NCBI RefSeq assembly: GCF_018977255.1
Contig: NW_024704742.1
Span: 36,644,001-36,708,000, forward strand
From: Callorhinchus milii
Lineage: Eukaryota
Direction of reading: 5' to 3'
DNA: 64,000 nt
The translations under genes were made by a program, and so were the position numbers. A model generated the notes under the pieces. It saw only the letters and a program-made list of their open reading frames with translations. It searched no databases and was not told the DNA's origin. Position 1 is the first letter of the stretch. Each line of letters begins with the position of its first letter. Below, in pieces: positions 24,560 through 36,129 of the stretch.

Positions 24560-27093
24560 TTATTCTTGGGCTTACGGAAACCTGGCTCTCCCCCGGAGTC
24601 CCCATGCCCCTCGTTGAAGCTTCCCCACTGGCTACACTTTTCATCATACCCCTCACCCCAACCAACATGGCGGTGGGGTGGTCCTCATTTCCAAAGCTTC
24701 CCTTGGTCTATCCCCCTATTCCTCTGGCTGTTTCTCCTCCTTTGAGCACCTCACCCTCTACCATCCCTCCTTTCTCTCCCTCAAAATTCTCCTAGTTTAC
24801 CGCCCCGCAAACCTCCTGGCTCCTTCCTCACTGATAACTTCTCTCTCCTCTCATCCTGTCCCTCTGCACTGAACACCTGCTCATAATGAATGATTTCAAC
24901 CTCCACCTTAACTCTCCTTGCATCATCTCCTCGGATTTCACTGCCCTCCTCTCCTCCCTAAACCTCACCCTCCATATCACTTACCAATCCACAACCGTGG
25001 CCACCCTCTCGAACTTGCCATCACACAAAGCCTTAACATTACCGACCTGTCCAGTACGGACAAGGCCATCTCAGACCATGTCCTCATCTCATTCTCTTCC
25101 CGCATGCCCCTCCCCTCTTCCAAGTCCTCCAACATTTTTTTCCATCCCTAGAAAGAGCTTCCTCTGAGTGCCTCACAAATGCCCTCTCTTTCTTGGACCT
25201 CCTCTCCTTCTGGTCCTCCACCCACAGCAATCCTGATGCAGCCATCAAGCTGCTGAATGACCATTTCTCACAACCTTTAAAATCCAGGGCTGTTTCCAAA
25301 TCCACCCATTCTCCCTGGTGCAACAGTCATCTCGCCCTCCCCCCCACACCCCATGTCACCTTCCACCCCACCCAGACCATCCACACCGCCTTCTCCCTCT
25401 AGCACGGCTACTGCCACTCCCGCTCCCTACACTCTTTTGCCCCCATTTCTCCCTCCTCCCTCTCAACCACAATCACTCAGATGAAGTTCACCATCTGCTG
25501 CCTCGACCCCCTTCCCACCCAGCTGCTGGTCACTCAACTCCCTCTCCTCTCCCCTCTGCTGACTGACATGGTCAACCAGTCTCTCTCCTCAGGTTCTGTT
25601 GCACTCCCCCTGAAAACCGTTGTCATCACACCCCTCAAAAAACCCACCCTTGATCGCTCTAATCTCTCACACCATTGTCCCATTTCCAACCTCTCCTTCC
25701 TTGCTAAAGTACTGGAATGCTTTGTTGCAAGTGAACTTCAGTCACACCTCTCCTTCCACTTCCTCCTCAAACCCCTGCAGTCTGGTTTTTGCTCTGCCCA
25801 CAGCACAGAGACAGCGCTGGTCAAAGTTACAAACGACGTCCTCTCTATCTGTGACCAGGGCTCCCTCTGCCTCCTCGTCCTCCTGGATCTCTCTGCTGTG
25901 TTCGACACAGTTGACCCCGCCATCCTCCTCCACCGCCTCTCCTTCCTCATCCACCTTAGTGGGACCACACTTGTATGGTTCGAGTCCTACTTAGACAACC
26001 GCCTCCACTTCATCTCGGCAAATGGTTTCTCCTCCTGCCCCCAACCGGTCACCTGCGGGGTACCCCAGGATTCCATCCTTGAACCCCTTCTTTTCCTCTA
26101 CCATATGGTCCCTCTTGCGATGTCATCCACAGACACGGGGTAAACTTCTACATGTACGCGTATGACACACAAATCTACTTTGCCTTCTCCAGTTGCGACT
26201 CCAGGTCTGCTGATGTTCCATCAGCTTGTCTCGTGGACATCAGGGCCTGAATGAGTGTAATATTCCTGCAGCTGAATATGGACAAGACAGAAGCCATACT
26301 CCTTGGCTCCCTCCAATGTCTTCACTCCTGCAGATCTGAAATCCTTAAACTCCTTGGGCTCTCCCTCAAATTCAAAGAACCAGCGTGCAATCTTGGCATC
26401 TGGTTCGACCCCCAACTATCCTTCCTCCCACATATCTGGTTCTTGACCAGGACACCTTCCTCTACCTCTGCCACATTGCCGCCTCTGACTGTACTTTACC
26501 CCAAATGCAGCCGAAACCCTCGTGCATGCATTTGTCACCTCTTGCCTGGATTACTCCAACGCATTCCTCGCCGGTCTCCCCAGCTCCTCTATTCAAAAAA
26601 TCCAGCTCATTCAGAACACTGCTGCCCACATACTGACCCGGACCAAACTCCGTACCCACATCTCACCAGTTCTGGCCAGGCTCCACTGGCTCCCCATCAC
26701 CGAACGGATCGACTTCACGATTCTCACACTCGTGCTCAAATCCCTTCGTTCCCCGATACCTCCCTACCTCTTCGACCTCCTCACTCTCCAATCCACCATC
26801 CGGCATCTCTGCTCAACTGGCACCGGCCTCCTATTTGTCCCTTGCACCCTCCACTCCACCACTGGAGGTCGCGCTTTCACCGATTACGCCCAAAACTCTG
26901 GAACACTCTCCCTCAATCCCTCCGCCTTGCTCCTTCTCTCCCCTTTTTCAAGTCCTGCGAAAATCTTCCTTTTCGATCGTGCTTATGGTCCCCTACCCAC
27001 CCCCTGGCTCGGAGTCAGGATCCACCCCTGTTAAGTGCTCTGAGATGCTAACCTGCATGGAGGGCGCTATATAAGTGCAAGTTGTTCTTGTTG
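24560..27093 (+). mobile_element. L2-clade LINE, 5'-truncated, internally deleted ORF2 (APE endonuclease + RT), frameshifted
   Basis: ILGLTETWL, NDFN and ISDH endonuclease motifs; RT motifs QSGF..HSTETALVKV, LLDLSAVFDTVD, GVPQDSILEPLLF; catalytic YADD mutated to YAYD at ~26154; tail ggcgctatataagtgcaagttgtt. Confidence 0.96.
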
Positions 27094-27794
27094 TATCCTT
27101 CATCTGTCCCTGACCTAGATCAGACATTTCCATATTGAACTAATTCATTCAGTATTTCTTGTATTTCCTTCTTTCATCTCCTGGTATTATTCAATCTTGT
27201 ATGACTGAATGTCCTTGAGTATTAAACAGTGAGGTTAGTCCCTTGAGAGACATTTCTTGGGGAGGTTTCTAATACTTTTATAGAGTACCATGAATAGGTC
27301 TGGTACATTTCTAGGCTTGACTTGTTAGTAAAGGAAAATTAAAAAGTACCTGCTCTGTAGCCATCCTGTGTTTTAGTTCACTGAATAAAAAGGACATTGT
27401 CTGGAAGGTTTAGATCATAAATTAGCTAGACTTTCTTCAAACTTATAGTTCATCATTGTATTATTAATAGTTTCTTCTTAAATGGAGGAATAAACATTGT
27501 GTAACAAACAACATCACTGAATATCTTTAGTTTTATTTGCATTGCTATGTTTTATTTAAATTGCAAATTTTTTATGTTACATTTTCTCTCCTCTTCTGAA
27601 GATATTTAATTCCTTATTCCCTATTGACTGCAGTTTAGTTCCAAAATTGTTTCAAGTATTTGTCAATTTTATATACTTTTTTTGTTTTAAATTGTTCTTT
27701 TGTCATATGTATGCCTTTACAATGAAAATGTAATATCCTTAATATTTTGTAATATATAATTGCTAGTTTCCTTAATTCTATTGTCTGAGAACAA

Positions 27795-27920
27795 ATAATA
27801 ACAATAATCTTTGCATTGCATGTGGCACCTTATCACATGATAAGGCACTATATCAAATTCAAGGATTATTATTATTATATTATTATTATTGAGACATCTC
27901 AAGACACTTCATGGGAATTA
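27795..27920. mobile_element. Two SINE tails in opposite orientation
   Basis: Minus-strand tail (aataatctttgcatt...ccttatca) directly abuts plus-strand tail (tgataaggcactatatcaaattcaaggattatt), then the minus copy resumes (gagacatctcaag). Confidence 0.75.
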
Positions 27921-27934
27921 TTGTGAAGTATAAT

Positions 27935-28093
27935 GACTGCACTGGCACCAGCCTCCTGCTTGTCCCTCGCACCCTCTGCCCCACCATTCAGCCACTACGC
28001 CCCAAAACTGTGGAACTCTCTCCTGCAATCCCTCCGTCTTGCCCCTTCTCTCCCCTTTTTCAAGCCCCGCCTGAAAACGTTCCTTTTTGACAG
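27935..28093 (+). mobile_element. L2 fragment (ORF2 end)
   Basis: FSHYAPKLWNSLLQSLRLAPSLPFFKPRLKTFLFD. Confidence 0.9.
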
Positions 28094-28814
28094 TGAAATT
28101 CAGGCCATGTTTCCAATTGTAAAACAAACATTAATGTTATTTCATTAAAAGGTAGCATTGCAGTTGGCGGTAATTAAAGCTAGAAGGTATTCATGTGAAT
28201 ACATTGCAAAAGTAAATTAGTTGCAGTACACAATTTCTTTACATTTATTCATATCGTTTTATCTGAAAATAACTTTGCAACAATAAAAACATATTTATTG
28301 GAATTATTAATATGAGTTTGAATCAATCAATATCAACTTGAAACAAGGGGTAAATTAAATCTGTAAATTTCAGATACTGTATTTTAGTGACAGCTCTTCC
28401 CTGAAGCTAGTACTATTGCAGAAATTTGGTTGGAAAATTCTATCAATTAAATAAAATGTGGAGTCATTTTTTGAAGGATTAATATCAAACTGAAAATGTT
28501 TCCCATTTAATGAAACCTTCCAATAAAACAGGATATATAACAAGATGAAATATAGTGGTACATTCTCAGATTGCAGAAAATTAATCAATGGCATTTATCA
28601 ACCTTAAACTGCATAGAACCAAAATGATTCTCAGCACCATCTCATATTGACAAGTCAAATCTGATCGAAGCTTCAACCACAAAGAGAGCATTAGGATACA
28701 TCATTACTGATACTAATCACTATATTTAACAGACCATCAGTGTCAGGATTTAAAGGTCAAAAAAGTGGTGAAGTCCATTTGTTGTTTCTCCAGATATCAA
28801 CAATGGACTATTTT

Positions 28815-29119
28815 GTGGAGTCCTGTAGCTTAGTGGTTAGAGCGCTCGCCTTGCAAGCGAGAGACCTGGGTTCGATTCCCAGCAGGTCGATACCTTGGGC
28901 AAGTTTCCTTGCTCCAGACGCTTGATAATGATCCCTCAAGAAAAAAAAACAATAATAAATTGGCCACTTCAATCCATGACTGTTTGTGGGACACTGCTGA
29001 GCGCAATTGGCTGCCTCGTTTCGCCCACAAATGTACTATGAATTCACTTTACAGTATATTCTGTGAAGCACTTTGTGACGTCTGGAAGATGTGAAAAGCG
29101 CTATATTATTTATTATTAT
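28815..29119 (+). mobile_element. SINE family A short variant
   Basis: gtggagtcctgtagcttagtggttagagcgctcgccttgcaagcgagagacctgggttcgattccc head; no central module; tail. Confidence 0.95.
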
Positions 29120-29356
29120 GTATTTCCCCCTATCAGAAATATACGAGGAGAAATATCAGTATACAGCTGTGATTTTCTATGGTTTGTAGTTTTCTCACCT
29201 GTAAGATTATGCAGAATGTTGAAAACCACAATCATTCAGATTGTGGATACTCTGAGATGTTTCAACATTGTGATAAGGTGCTATATCAAATGTGAGGATT
29301 ATTCTAATATTATTATGATTTACTTCAAACCTGCAGTACAATTTGACAAATTTATT

Positions 29357-29702
29357 AATAATAATAATACTTGCATTTGATATAGCATCTTTGAGACGTC
29401 TCAAAATGCTTCACAGAATATACTGTAAAGTGAATTGACTAAATATTCTGTGGGCGAAACGCAACAGCCAGTTGTGCACAGCAGCGTCCCACAAACAGTC
29501 ATGGACTGAGTGACCAAATTATTTTTATTCTGAAGAAATTATTACCCCCGGAAAAGCAATCCGCCAATCGACTAACAACTGTGTTCCTACTTACTGCTAG
29601 GTAAACAGAGGCATGTGGAGTAAGGAAATTTGCCCAACATTTCACCCTGCGGGGAATTGAATCCAGATCTCTTGCTTGCGAGGCGAGTGCTCTAACCACT
29701 GA
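29357..29702 (-). mobile_element. SINE family A long variant
   Basis: Reverse complement of head, central module, body and (ATT)n tail. Confidence 0.95.
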
Positions 29703-31670
29703 TTATTATAAGGGAAGCTGTATCAACTTTCCCAGCTTCCATAGGTTGGCTTTCATCGGTATTGCATGTCCTGGATCAGTTAAGACCATTAAGGTACATC
29801 TGTCCACTGGATTATCTAGTGTGTCCAGCATCATATAATAAATAATTTAAGATTTTCCCTTTCAATTTTTTCCTTGATGTTGACACGATGACACCTGCTG
29901 CAGTTGTCAAGATCATAATTCTTTAATAAAGTAGAAAATCAATGTGAAAGTAATTCTGCTGGGAAACGAGCATATGATTATTGTCATTATAGATGAAGCC
30001 CTACACTTCTTGTACTGAATGATGACCTTGATGCTTTGAATATCAAGTTAAACAGTTTCAGAAAAGTCATGACTTTGAAGTTCTTCATTTCAGCCTGCAT
30101 GGCAATGTTATCAGCTTTGGTGCAGCTTTGGCTAAAGGCCACTGAGAAAGTATGGCTACATTTGACTCGAGTGATATCTGACACTGAAGGCAAAAGAGAG
30201 CTATCTCCTATACAAGGCACTGACTCCACACTATCAGTCAAAGAGCTGCAAACAGAGAATCAAGTTAATCTCTTTAAAGCTCTTTTGAGATGTTTTCCAT
30301 ATGTATAAATATAAGCTGTTAACTCAATTGAATTAAATATTACACTGGTCGATGATGTATTTTATCTGTTCACTAGAAACCTGAGTTTCTCCTGGGAGGG
30401 GATGCTTTTGCAATGTTTTGGAGTGATTCACCACCTTTATACAATGCTATATACAGGTATTTGTGATTGTGGTTAAAAGGCTTCAGGCAGAAGTAGCTGT
30501 AAGCTATATCATCAGAGTCAGTGGTCATAGAAAGTCTCTTGAGATTTATTGCTTTTAAATATGACTGGAGTGCTTTTCTAATTCACTTCTCCACATGCAA
30601 ATTGTCTCTAATTACGTAGCTTACATTATTTATTGTGCATCTTTTTAATGGAATGGATAAAACTGCTAAGATTCATGATCTTTTCCAGTTAAATTACGGT
30701 CTTATTTAATTTCAAATTAACCCAATGGTTAAAATAACTGGTTTAGCACTAACAACAAATATTCCTTCCATGATTTTATGACACAGAAACACATTTGGTA
30801 GCTATTGAGAAACTATAAAAAATTATGGCAACACCTCTGTGCTTTTGTTCTGTTCTATTGAGGAATCACTTTTGCATTTGAAGCAATATCAAAATTATGT
30901 ATGATTTTTTGAAAGATTTTTTCAAAACAATGAAATGAATTGCAATAGCATTTAATGCTAGATTAATTCCCCTGGATTGCATTGCTTCTTTGTTTGTGAG
31001 ATTATCAGTGCTGCTGACATCTTGGTATTATGTGCCCATGTGACTAGACTGAACAGTATTAGGTTGTCTCCCAGCTTGTCAGCAGCACAACATGAGAAAT
31101 AGAATTTACTCAGCATCTCACTGCATGTCTGATATGGTCATTAAATGAAAAGTAAATACAATGTTTTAGAAAGATCAAAGTACTTCTTTGATTGCTGCAG
31201 TAAAGACCCCTATAATGCTGTACTTAGGCGTCTCATAAAAATGAGTACTGGAGGAGGGATGATTTATATTGTGTATGGGTTCGTAACAATATATGTTATA
31301 TCAGGGAGCCTTTGAAAGACAATCCTTTGCACTTCTTAGGTGTTCAGAATTAATGCTTTACACAAGTTACTTTGCAAGGAGGCAAATAGAAAGAAAACAA
31401 CTCACTTACGTGGCATCCTTCATGTAGCATAATATCTCTAAGCTCTTTACAAAGAAGAGTGCAATGCTGAGCAAGGGAAAGGGAGGGAGGAGGAAGAGGA
31501 GAAAAAAGGCAAATTAAGCATTCAAGGACAGATTGTGTTTTAAATTATTTTGTTTGCTTGAGTCACCAGCTTTCATGATATCAAACAAAAAAACTATAGG
31601 TCCCAGAAATGTTCAGAATATTATTTTAGAACAGAATTGGTATAAGCAGCACACAGCAGCCCACAGATGT

Positions 31671-31806
31671 TGCAAAAGGCAAAATACTGTAGATGCTTGA
31701 AATCTGAATTGAGTTCTGACGAAAGGACCTGTAACGTTAATTCACTTTCCTCTCTCCATTGATGCTGCCTGACCTGCTGCGTGTTCCCAGTGACTTCTGT
31801 TTTTTA
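31671..31806. mobile_element. Penelope-like mini-insert with decayed hammerhead core
   Basis: Flanked by 10-bp direct repeat ccacagatgt (31661-31670, 31807-31816); contains ctgacga-aaggacct-gtaacgtt and gatgctgcctgacctgctg. Confidence 0.75.
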
Positions 31807-32123
31807 CCACAGATGTATTTTGCTTCAGTTGCCCTCAGACCATGTCCTTGGCTGGCTATACACTGTTGAGGATCACAATGTTACTCTGAAGCAAATGGAA
31901 AATATTAAAATGTCTGAAACTTCCACTGCATTCTGAGAAGTGAGCTGTTTCAGCCATCCAATTATTTAAGGTTGGGAGTAGATGTATTTGAGAGCTGAAC
32001 TGCAGTTTTATGTTGCTTTAATACCAAGCAGTGAGGTTCAAGGGCAGGGTCTGCAGGTTAAAGTTATCAGACGTTCAAGCTGCACTCGATGTTTTAGCTT
32101 ATTCAGACATGATAAATAAAGCA

Positions 32124-32291
32124 AAACACAAAATACTGCAGATGCTGGAAGCTGAAGCAAAATCAGAGAGAGCTGGGAAAACTCAACAGATCAGGCAGCA
32201 TTTATGGAGAAAGGAAAGTGAGTCAGAAAGTGACTCACTTTCCTTTCTCCATAGATGCTGCCTGACCTGCTGAGTTTTCCCAGCTCTCTCT
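32124..32291. mobile_element. Penelope-like mini-insert forming a long hairpin
   Basis: Flanked by 15-bp direct repeat atgataaataaagca (32109-32123, 32292-32306); ~60-bp inverted arms around a gaaag loop; same family as 31671-31806. Confidence 0.8.
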
Positions 32292-32344
32292 ATGATAAAT
32301 AAAGCAGCTGCTTTGTGACTAAACAATTCTGTCTTTAGTTCATA

Positions 32345-32562
32345 TGACCCTATCCTCTGAAACTCCCTCCCTTTACCATTCCATCTTATCCCTTCTCTTT
32401 CTGTTTAAATCCCTTCTTGAATTCTACCTCTTTGAACGTATTTATGGTCACCTCTCCCTGACTCCATCGCTCAGCATCCAACCCTTGCATTTATATGTCA
32501 CTGTGAAATACTCTGAGACCTTACATACTTGAAGGTGCCATATAAATGCAAGTGGTTCTTGT
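32345..32562 (+). mobile_element. L2 3' end
   Basis: ctgtgaaatactctgagacc...aaggtgccatataaatgcaagtggtt tail; followed by a 16-bp tandem duplication ttcttgttagaaccac. Confidence 0.75.
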
Positions 32563-32639
32563 TAGAACCACTTCTTGTTAGAACCACCACCTCATTCCCT
32601 GGAATATAATAATGGGACTATAGTAGTACTGACTCTTGC

Positions 32640-33400
32640 TCTCCTGCAGATAGTATGGGGTACTGCATACAGTGATCTCAGAGATGAAAGGGAACTGCTC
32701 TGTCCCTAAAGGCCGTGCAGAGGAGAGCAATAAGGATCATTCCCAATATTAGAGGGTGAGATATGAGATGTTTCAGAGTTGACCTTATACAGAAACATTT
32801 GAGAAAGTAAACCCCAATTAATATTTTTAGTTATGCCAGGGCAGCAGCACAAGAGGACATGGATTCAGAGTTGCATAGGGAATTTCAGATAAAGGAACAC
32901 CAGAAGGTTTTTCTTTATAATAATAATAATAATAATCCTTGCATTTGATATAGCGCTTTTCACGTCGGGAGGACGTCCCAAAGCGCTTCACAGAACACAC
33001 TGTAAAGTGAATTGACTGTATATTTATGGGCGAACGCGGCAGCCAATTGCGCACAGCAATGTCCCACAAACAGTCGTAGATTGAAAATGATCAATTTATT
33101 ATTGTTTTTGGTTTTGGAGGGATTATTATTAGGCGTGTGGAGTAAGGAAACTTGCCCAAGGTTTCGCCCTGCCTGGAATTGAACTCAGGTCTCTCACTTG
33201 CAAAGCGAGTGCTCTAACCACTGAGCTACAGGACTCCAGAGAGTAATTAACAACTGGAACAGGTTACCAGAAAATGTGGTTGAGGTCAGGATGCTGAACT
33301 CATTTAATAAACATTTTGATACTCTAATGAGAGGAGTATGTGTGGGTATTCCGGAAGGATGAGATCAAATGGGTCCAAGGACTTTCTTCGACTGAACAAA
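32640..33400 (+). mobile_element. CR1 3' fragment interrupted by a family A SINE
   Basis: gtgcagaggagagcaataaggatcattcc, acaagaggacatgg, ...gtttttcttt | gagagtaattaacaactggaacaggttacc continuity across the SINE. Confidence 0.8.
32917..33238 (-). mobile_element. SINE family A short variant, young
   Basis: Complete head-body-tail with many CpGs retained and a long (ATT)n. Confidence 0.95.
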
Positions 33401-33661
33401 TCTCGAGACACCAGCAGTGTTGAAATGGTACAAGCTAGTAATGCAGAATTAAGACTGCTGGATCCACAACCCTCTGCATCCTGATAAAATGGTGCCACTC
33501 TATGTGCATGTATATACGTGCTTACAGGAACAAAGGAATGTAAAGGACATTGCAGTGTATCTGGCTGGTTTCAAAGTTCAGAAAATACCATATGATACAA
33601 TATATAGAGCTCTGCTCACTGACAACCTGTTCTGGTGCTATGTTCAACATTAGTTAAGAAC

Positions 33662-33930
33662 TAACAACAACAACAACAAGATTCCATTTATAAAGCGCCT
33701 TTCACGTCAGGAGGACGTCCCAAGGCGCTGCACAGTTGGGTCATGACCCGAGCAGGGGGAAATGGTCAGGGTGAGGGGAGGGGAGGGAGCGAGGAGGGGG
33801 AAATGGTCAGGGTGAGGGAAGGGAGGGAGCGAGGAGGGGGGAAATGGTCAGGGTGAGGGGAGGGAAGGGAGGGAGCGAGGAGGGGGAAGAGAGTCGAGAG
33901 GGGAGCTGAAGGCTCGGTCAAAGAGAACCG
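33662..33930 (-). mobile_element. L2 3' end containing a ~40-bp purine-rich minisatellite (3 units)
   Basis: (CAA)n tail, aaagcgcctttcacgtcaggaggacgtcccaagg; gggggaaatggtcagggtgaggg..ggagggagcgagga repeated at ~33754-33888. Confidence 0.88.
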
Positions 33931-34729
33931 AGCTTTAACAGTAAAGAAAGCAATTAGTTTTCCAGTTCAAACTTCTACTTATTTTACGTGAGTGAAGATT
34001 TGATGATGTGTTAGCGAGGCAGAGAACAAATTAAAGTATGAATTGATAAGGTAATTTTAACAAAAGTTAACCCGGTCCCTTCATTCAGAATTAAAACTGA
34101 GTCTCCTGAATATTACTACATGGTAAAAGCACCTTTTCTCTGTAAGCTTCTCGAGAATAAGATAATCTTTCTCATTCCTATGCCAGTCAAATGTGAATAG
34201 TTTAATTCTCCAATATCAAACATTTGGAGACAGCGTAAAAATAGTTGATATGGATTGTGGAAATGTCATACAGAAATGGCCTTTTTCTGAAGTCATCGAA
34301 TCCACTTTATTCAGTAAGCAACTTGATGCTGAGCATGTTTCCAGTTAACTTAGCACTGATTTTGAAGTCCCACAATTTACCTCCAACACAAATTGCCAAA
34401 CCACTTATAACTTATTCAGTTTTTAACAAAATAATACATTGTAAAAAAATGTGAAGATGCAAATCTAGGGGATGTTTTGAAGGAAATGACCAAGTCATTA
34501 ATTATCTGGACAAAAGGACGTGTAAATAGACAATCTCTGAACTGGAAGATGACTTGTGAGATTCCCCAGCAGTCAATCCATCAAGCTTTACTTTGAAAGA
34601 GAGGGATATAATTTAAAGAGATCGCCAGACACTTAGCAGCTGGTGAAATGAATAACAAATGGTATGTAGCATTTGGGAAATGATAGGTGCAGCAGGAAAC
34701 GAAGACGTGAGTGGGTGAGTTGAAAGGAT

Positions 34730-34995
34730 CATCCTAATGTCTGGCAGCAATTGCCAAAATGAATAGATCATCACTGTTAGAGGGGGCGGGTAGAGGAGTG
34801 CGGTGTACGTGGGTTGAAGAAGTAGGGACATGCCAGGGCATGAAGTGATTTGTAGGTGAACGTGAGGAGCTTGAAATTGATACATTCTGCGACAGAGAGC
34901 CAGTGTAGCCTGACAAGGACTTGGGTGATGGGGTGTGGAGTTTTGTGGTCGGTGAGGATATGAATGGTGGAGATTTTAATTAATTGGGTGAAGTT
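34730..34995 (-). mobile_element. L2 fragment
   Basis: tgccagggcatgaag...gagcttgaaattgat...gagccagtg matches the 14328-14822 copy. Confidence 0.75.
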
Positions 34996-35214
34996 GTTGT
35001 TGTGGATGTTTTTTATTTGTAATTAAAATGTTGCAGAAGTCTTGTAGAAATGTGAACTGTGTGCTAATACTGGTACATATTAATTCCAAGCTTGAAATGG
35101 AATTTCCCTTTTAAGCATGCAATGAAAAGTTTTGAAACATTAAAGAACAGCATGTCTTGGACTCTATTGATGGATTAGAAAGAATTCAAATCTGCTGTCT
35201 TGTCTTCACTTTGT

Positions 35215-35372
35215 GGCTGTTCGTGGGACATTACTGTGTCCAAATTGACTGCCACACTCACCTACAAAATGTAGTCTCTATGCTTTATGGTAAATTCTTT
35301 CATGCACTTTGAGAGGTCTTCTTGACATGAAAGGTGCATATCAAGTGCAAGGATGATTATTATTATTTTTAT
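35215..35372 (+). mobile_element. SINE 3' half (family A/B tail)
   Basis: ggctgttcgtgggaca...tatcaagtgcaaggatgattattatt. Confidence 0.8.
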
Positions 35373-35374
35373 TT

Positions 35375-35845
35375 CAGTGGAAGCCGCATAAACCAGACGC
35401 TGGGTAAATCAGACAAAATGCTGGGCCCTAATTCATTTGTAGTCTTACCTGTTTTAAATATACCTGTTAATTCGGACAAAAATCTAATTAATCTGGACAA
35501 AATGCCATGTTGGTCACTGCTGCATCTATTCACTCTCCATGAGCAGCTCAATTCAGCTACGAGTGGCTCCGGGATGGAAACCGGAGGAGTCAAATCGCGA
35601 TTGATTGACAGCAGACTCCAGCCATTCACGAGCAGCTCCGGTTCCGGAACGTCAGGGGGTGGAGGAACGGGAAGAAACAAGGTAGGGAATGGGAGGAGTC
35701 AAATCACGATTGATTGACAGTTGGAGCCCAAATATTCACAAACTGTTCCAGGCTGTCAGTCACCTCGGAGCCACTGCTAAATGGTCCCCTTCCCATCCAA
35801 TGGGAACGACAATGTGAGGGCATTCAGTTTAAGCGGCTTCCAATG
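35375..35845. mobile_element. Non-autonomous DNA transposon (MITE), Tc1/mariner-pogo-like
   Basis: TIRs cagtggaagccgcataaac (35375) and gtttaagcggcttccaatg (ends 35845); internal 29-bp direct repeat; TA TSD not preserved. Confidence 0.75.
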
Positions 35846-36129
35846 CATTACTTTTTTATTGTCTTAATTCATTGTGAATTACGAAGTGATGTGTAAAAAA
35901 AAGTAAAAGGTGATAAAGTTGTTCTCATTGTATATAAAACTGATTATGGGGGTGTGTGTGAAGAATGTGATTTTGGTTTTCATGGAAAAAATGGTTGGGC
36001 TGAAGTAGGAAAGTTATCAAGAGAACTGAAACAGAGCTAGGTAACACATAGTAATTATAAACTGTAGAAACATTGAGCTAAATGTGGTTAAAGGAGTTTT
36101 TAATTTGCACTTCAAATTAACATATCAAA

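Noticed and set aside
25481..27051. Longest ORFs (220 and 266 aa) as a functional gene
   Set aside because: Frameshifted L2 ORF2 pieces with catalytic YADD mutated to YAYD
28815..28890. tRNA-Ala gene (cloverleaf-like, TGC anticodon, A and B boxes)
   Set aside because: It is the head of a dispersed SINE: it continues into a shared body and L2-type tail in about a dozen copies
29994..29996. In-frame TGA as selenocysteine
   Set aside because: No selenoprotein similarity and no SECIS identified
31710..31745. Active hammerhead ribozyme
   Set aside because: Conserved GAAA is GTAA and stem II has essentially no loop; reported only as a relic
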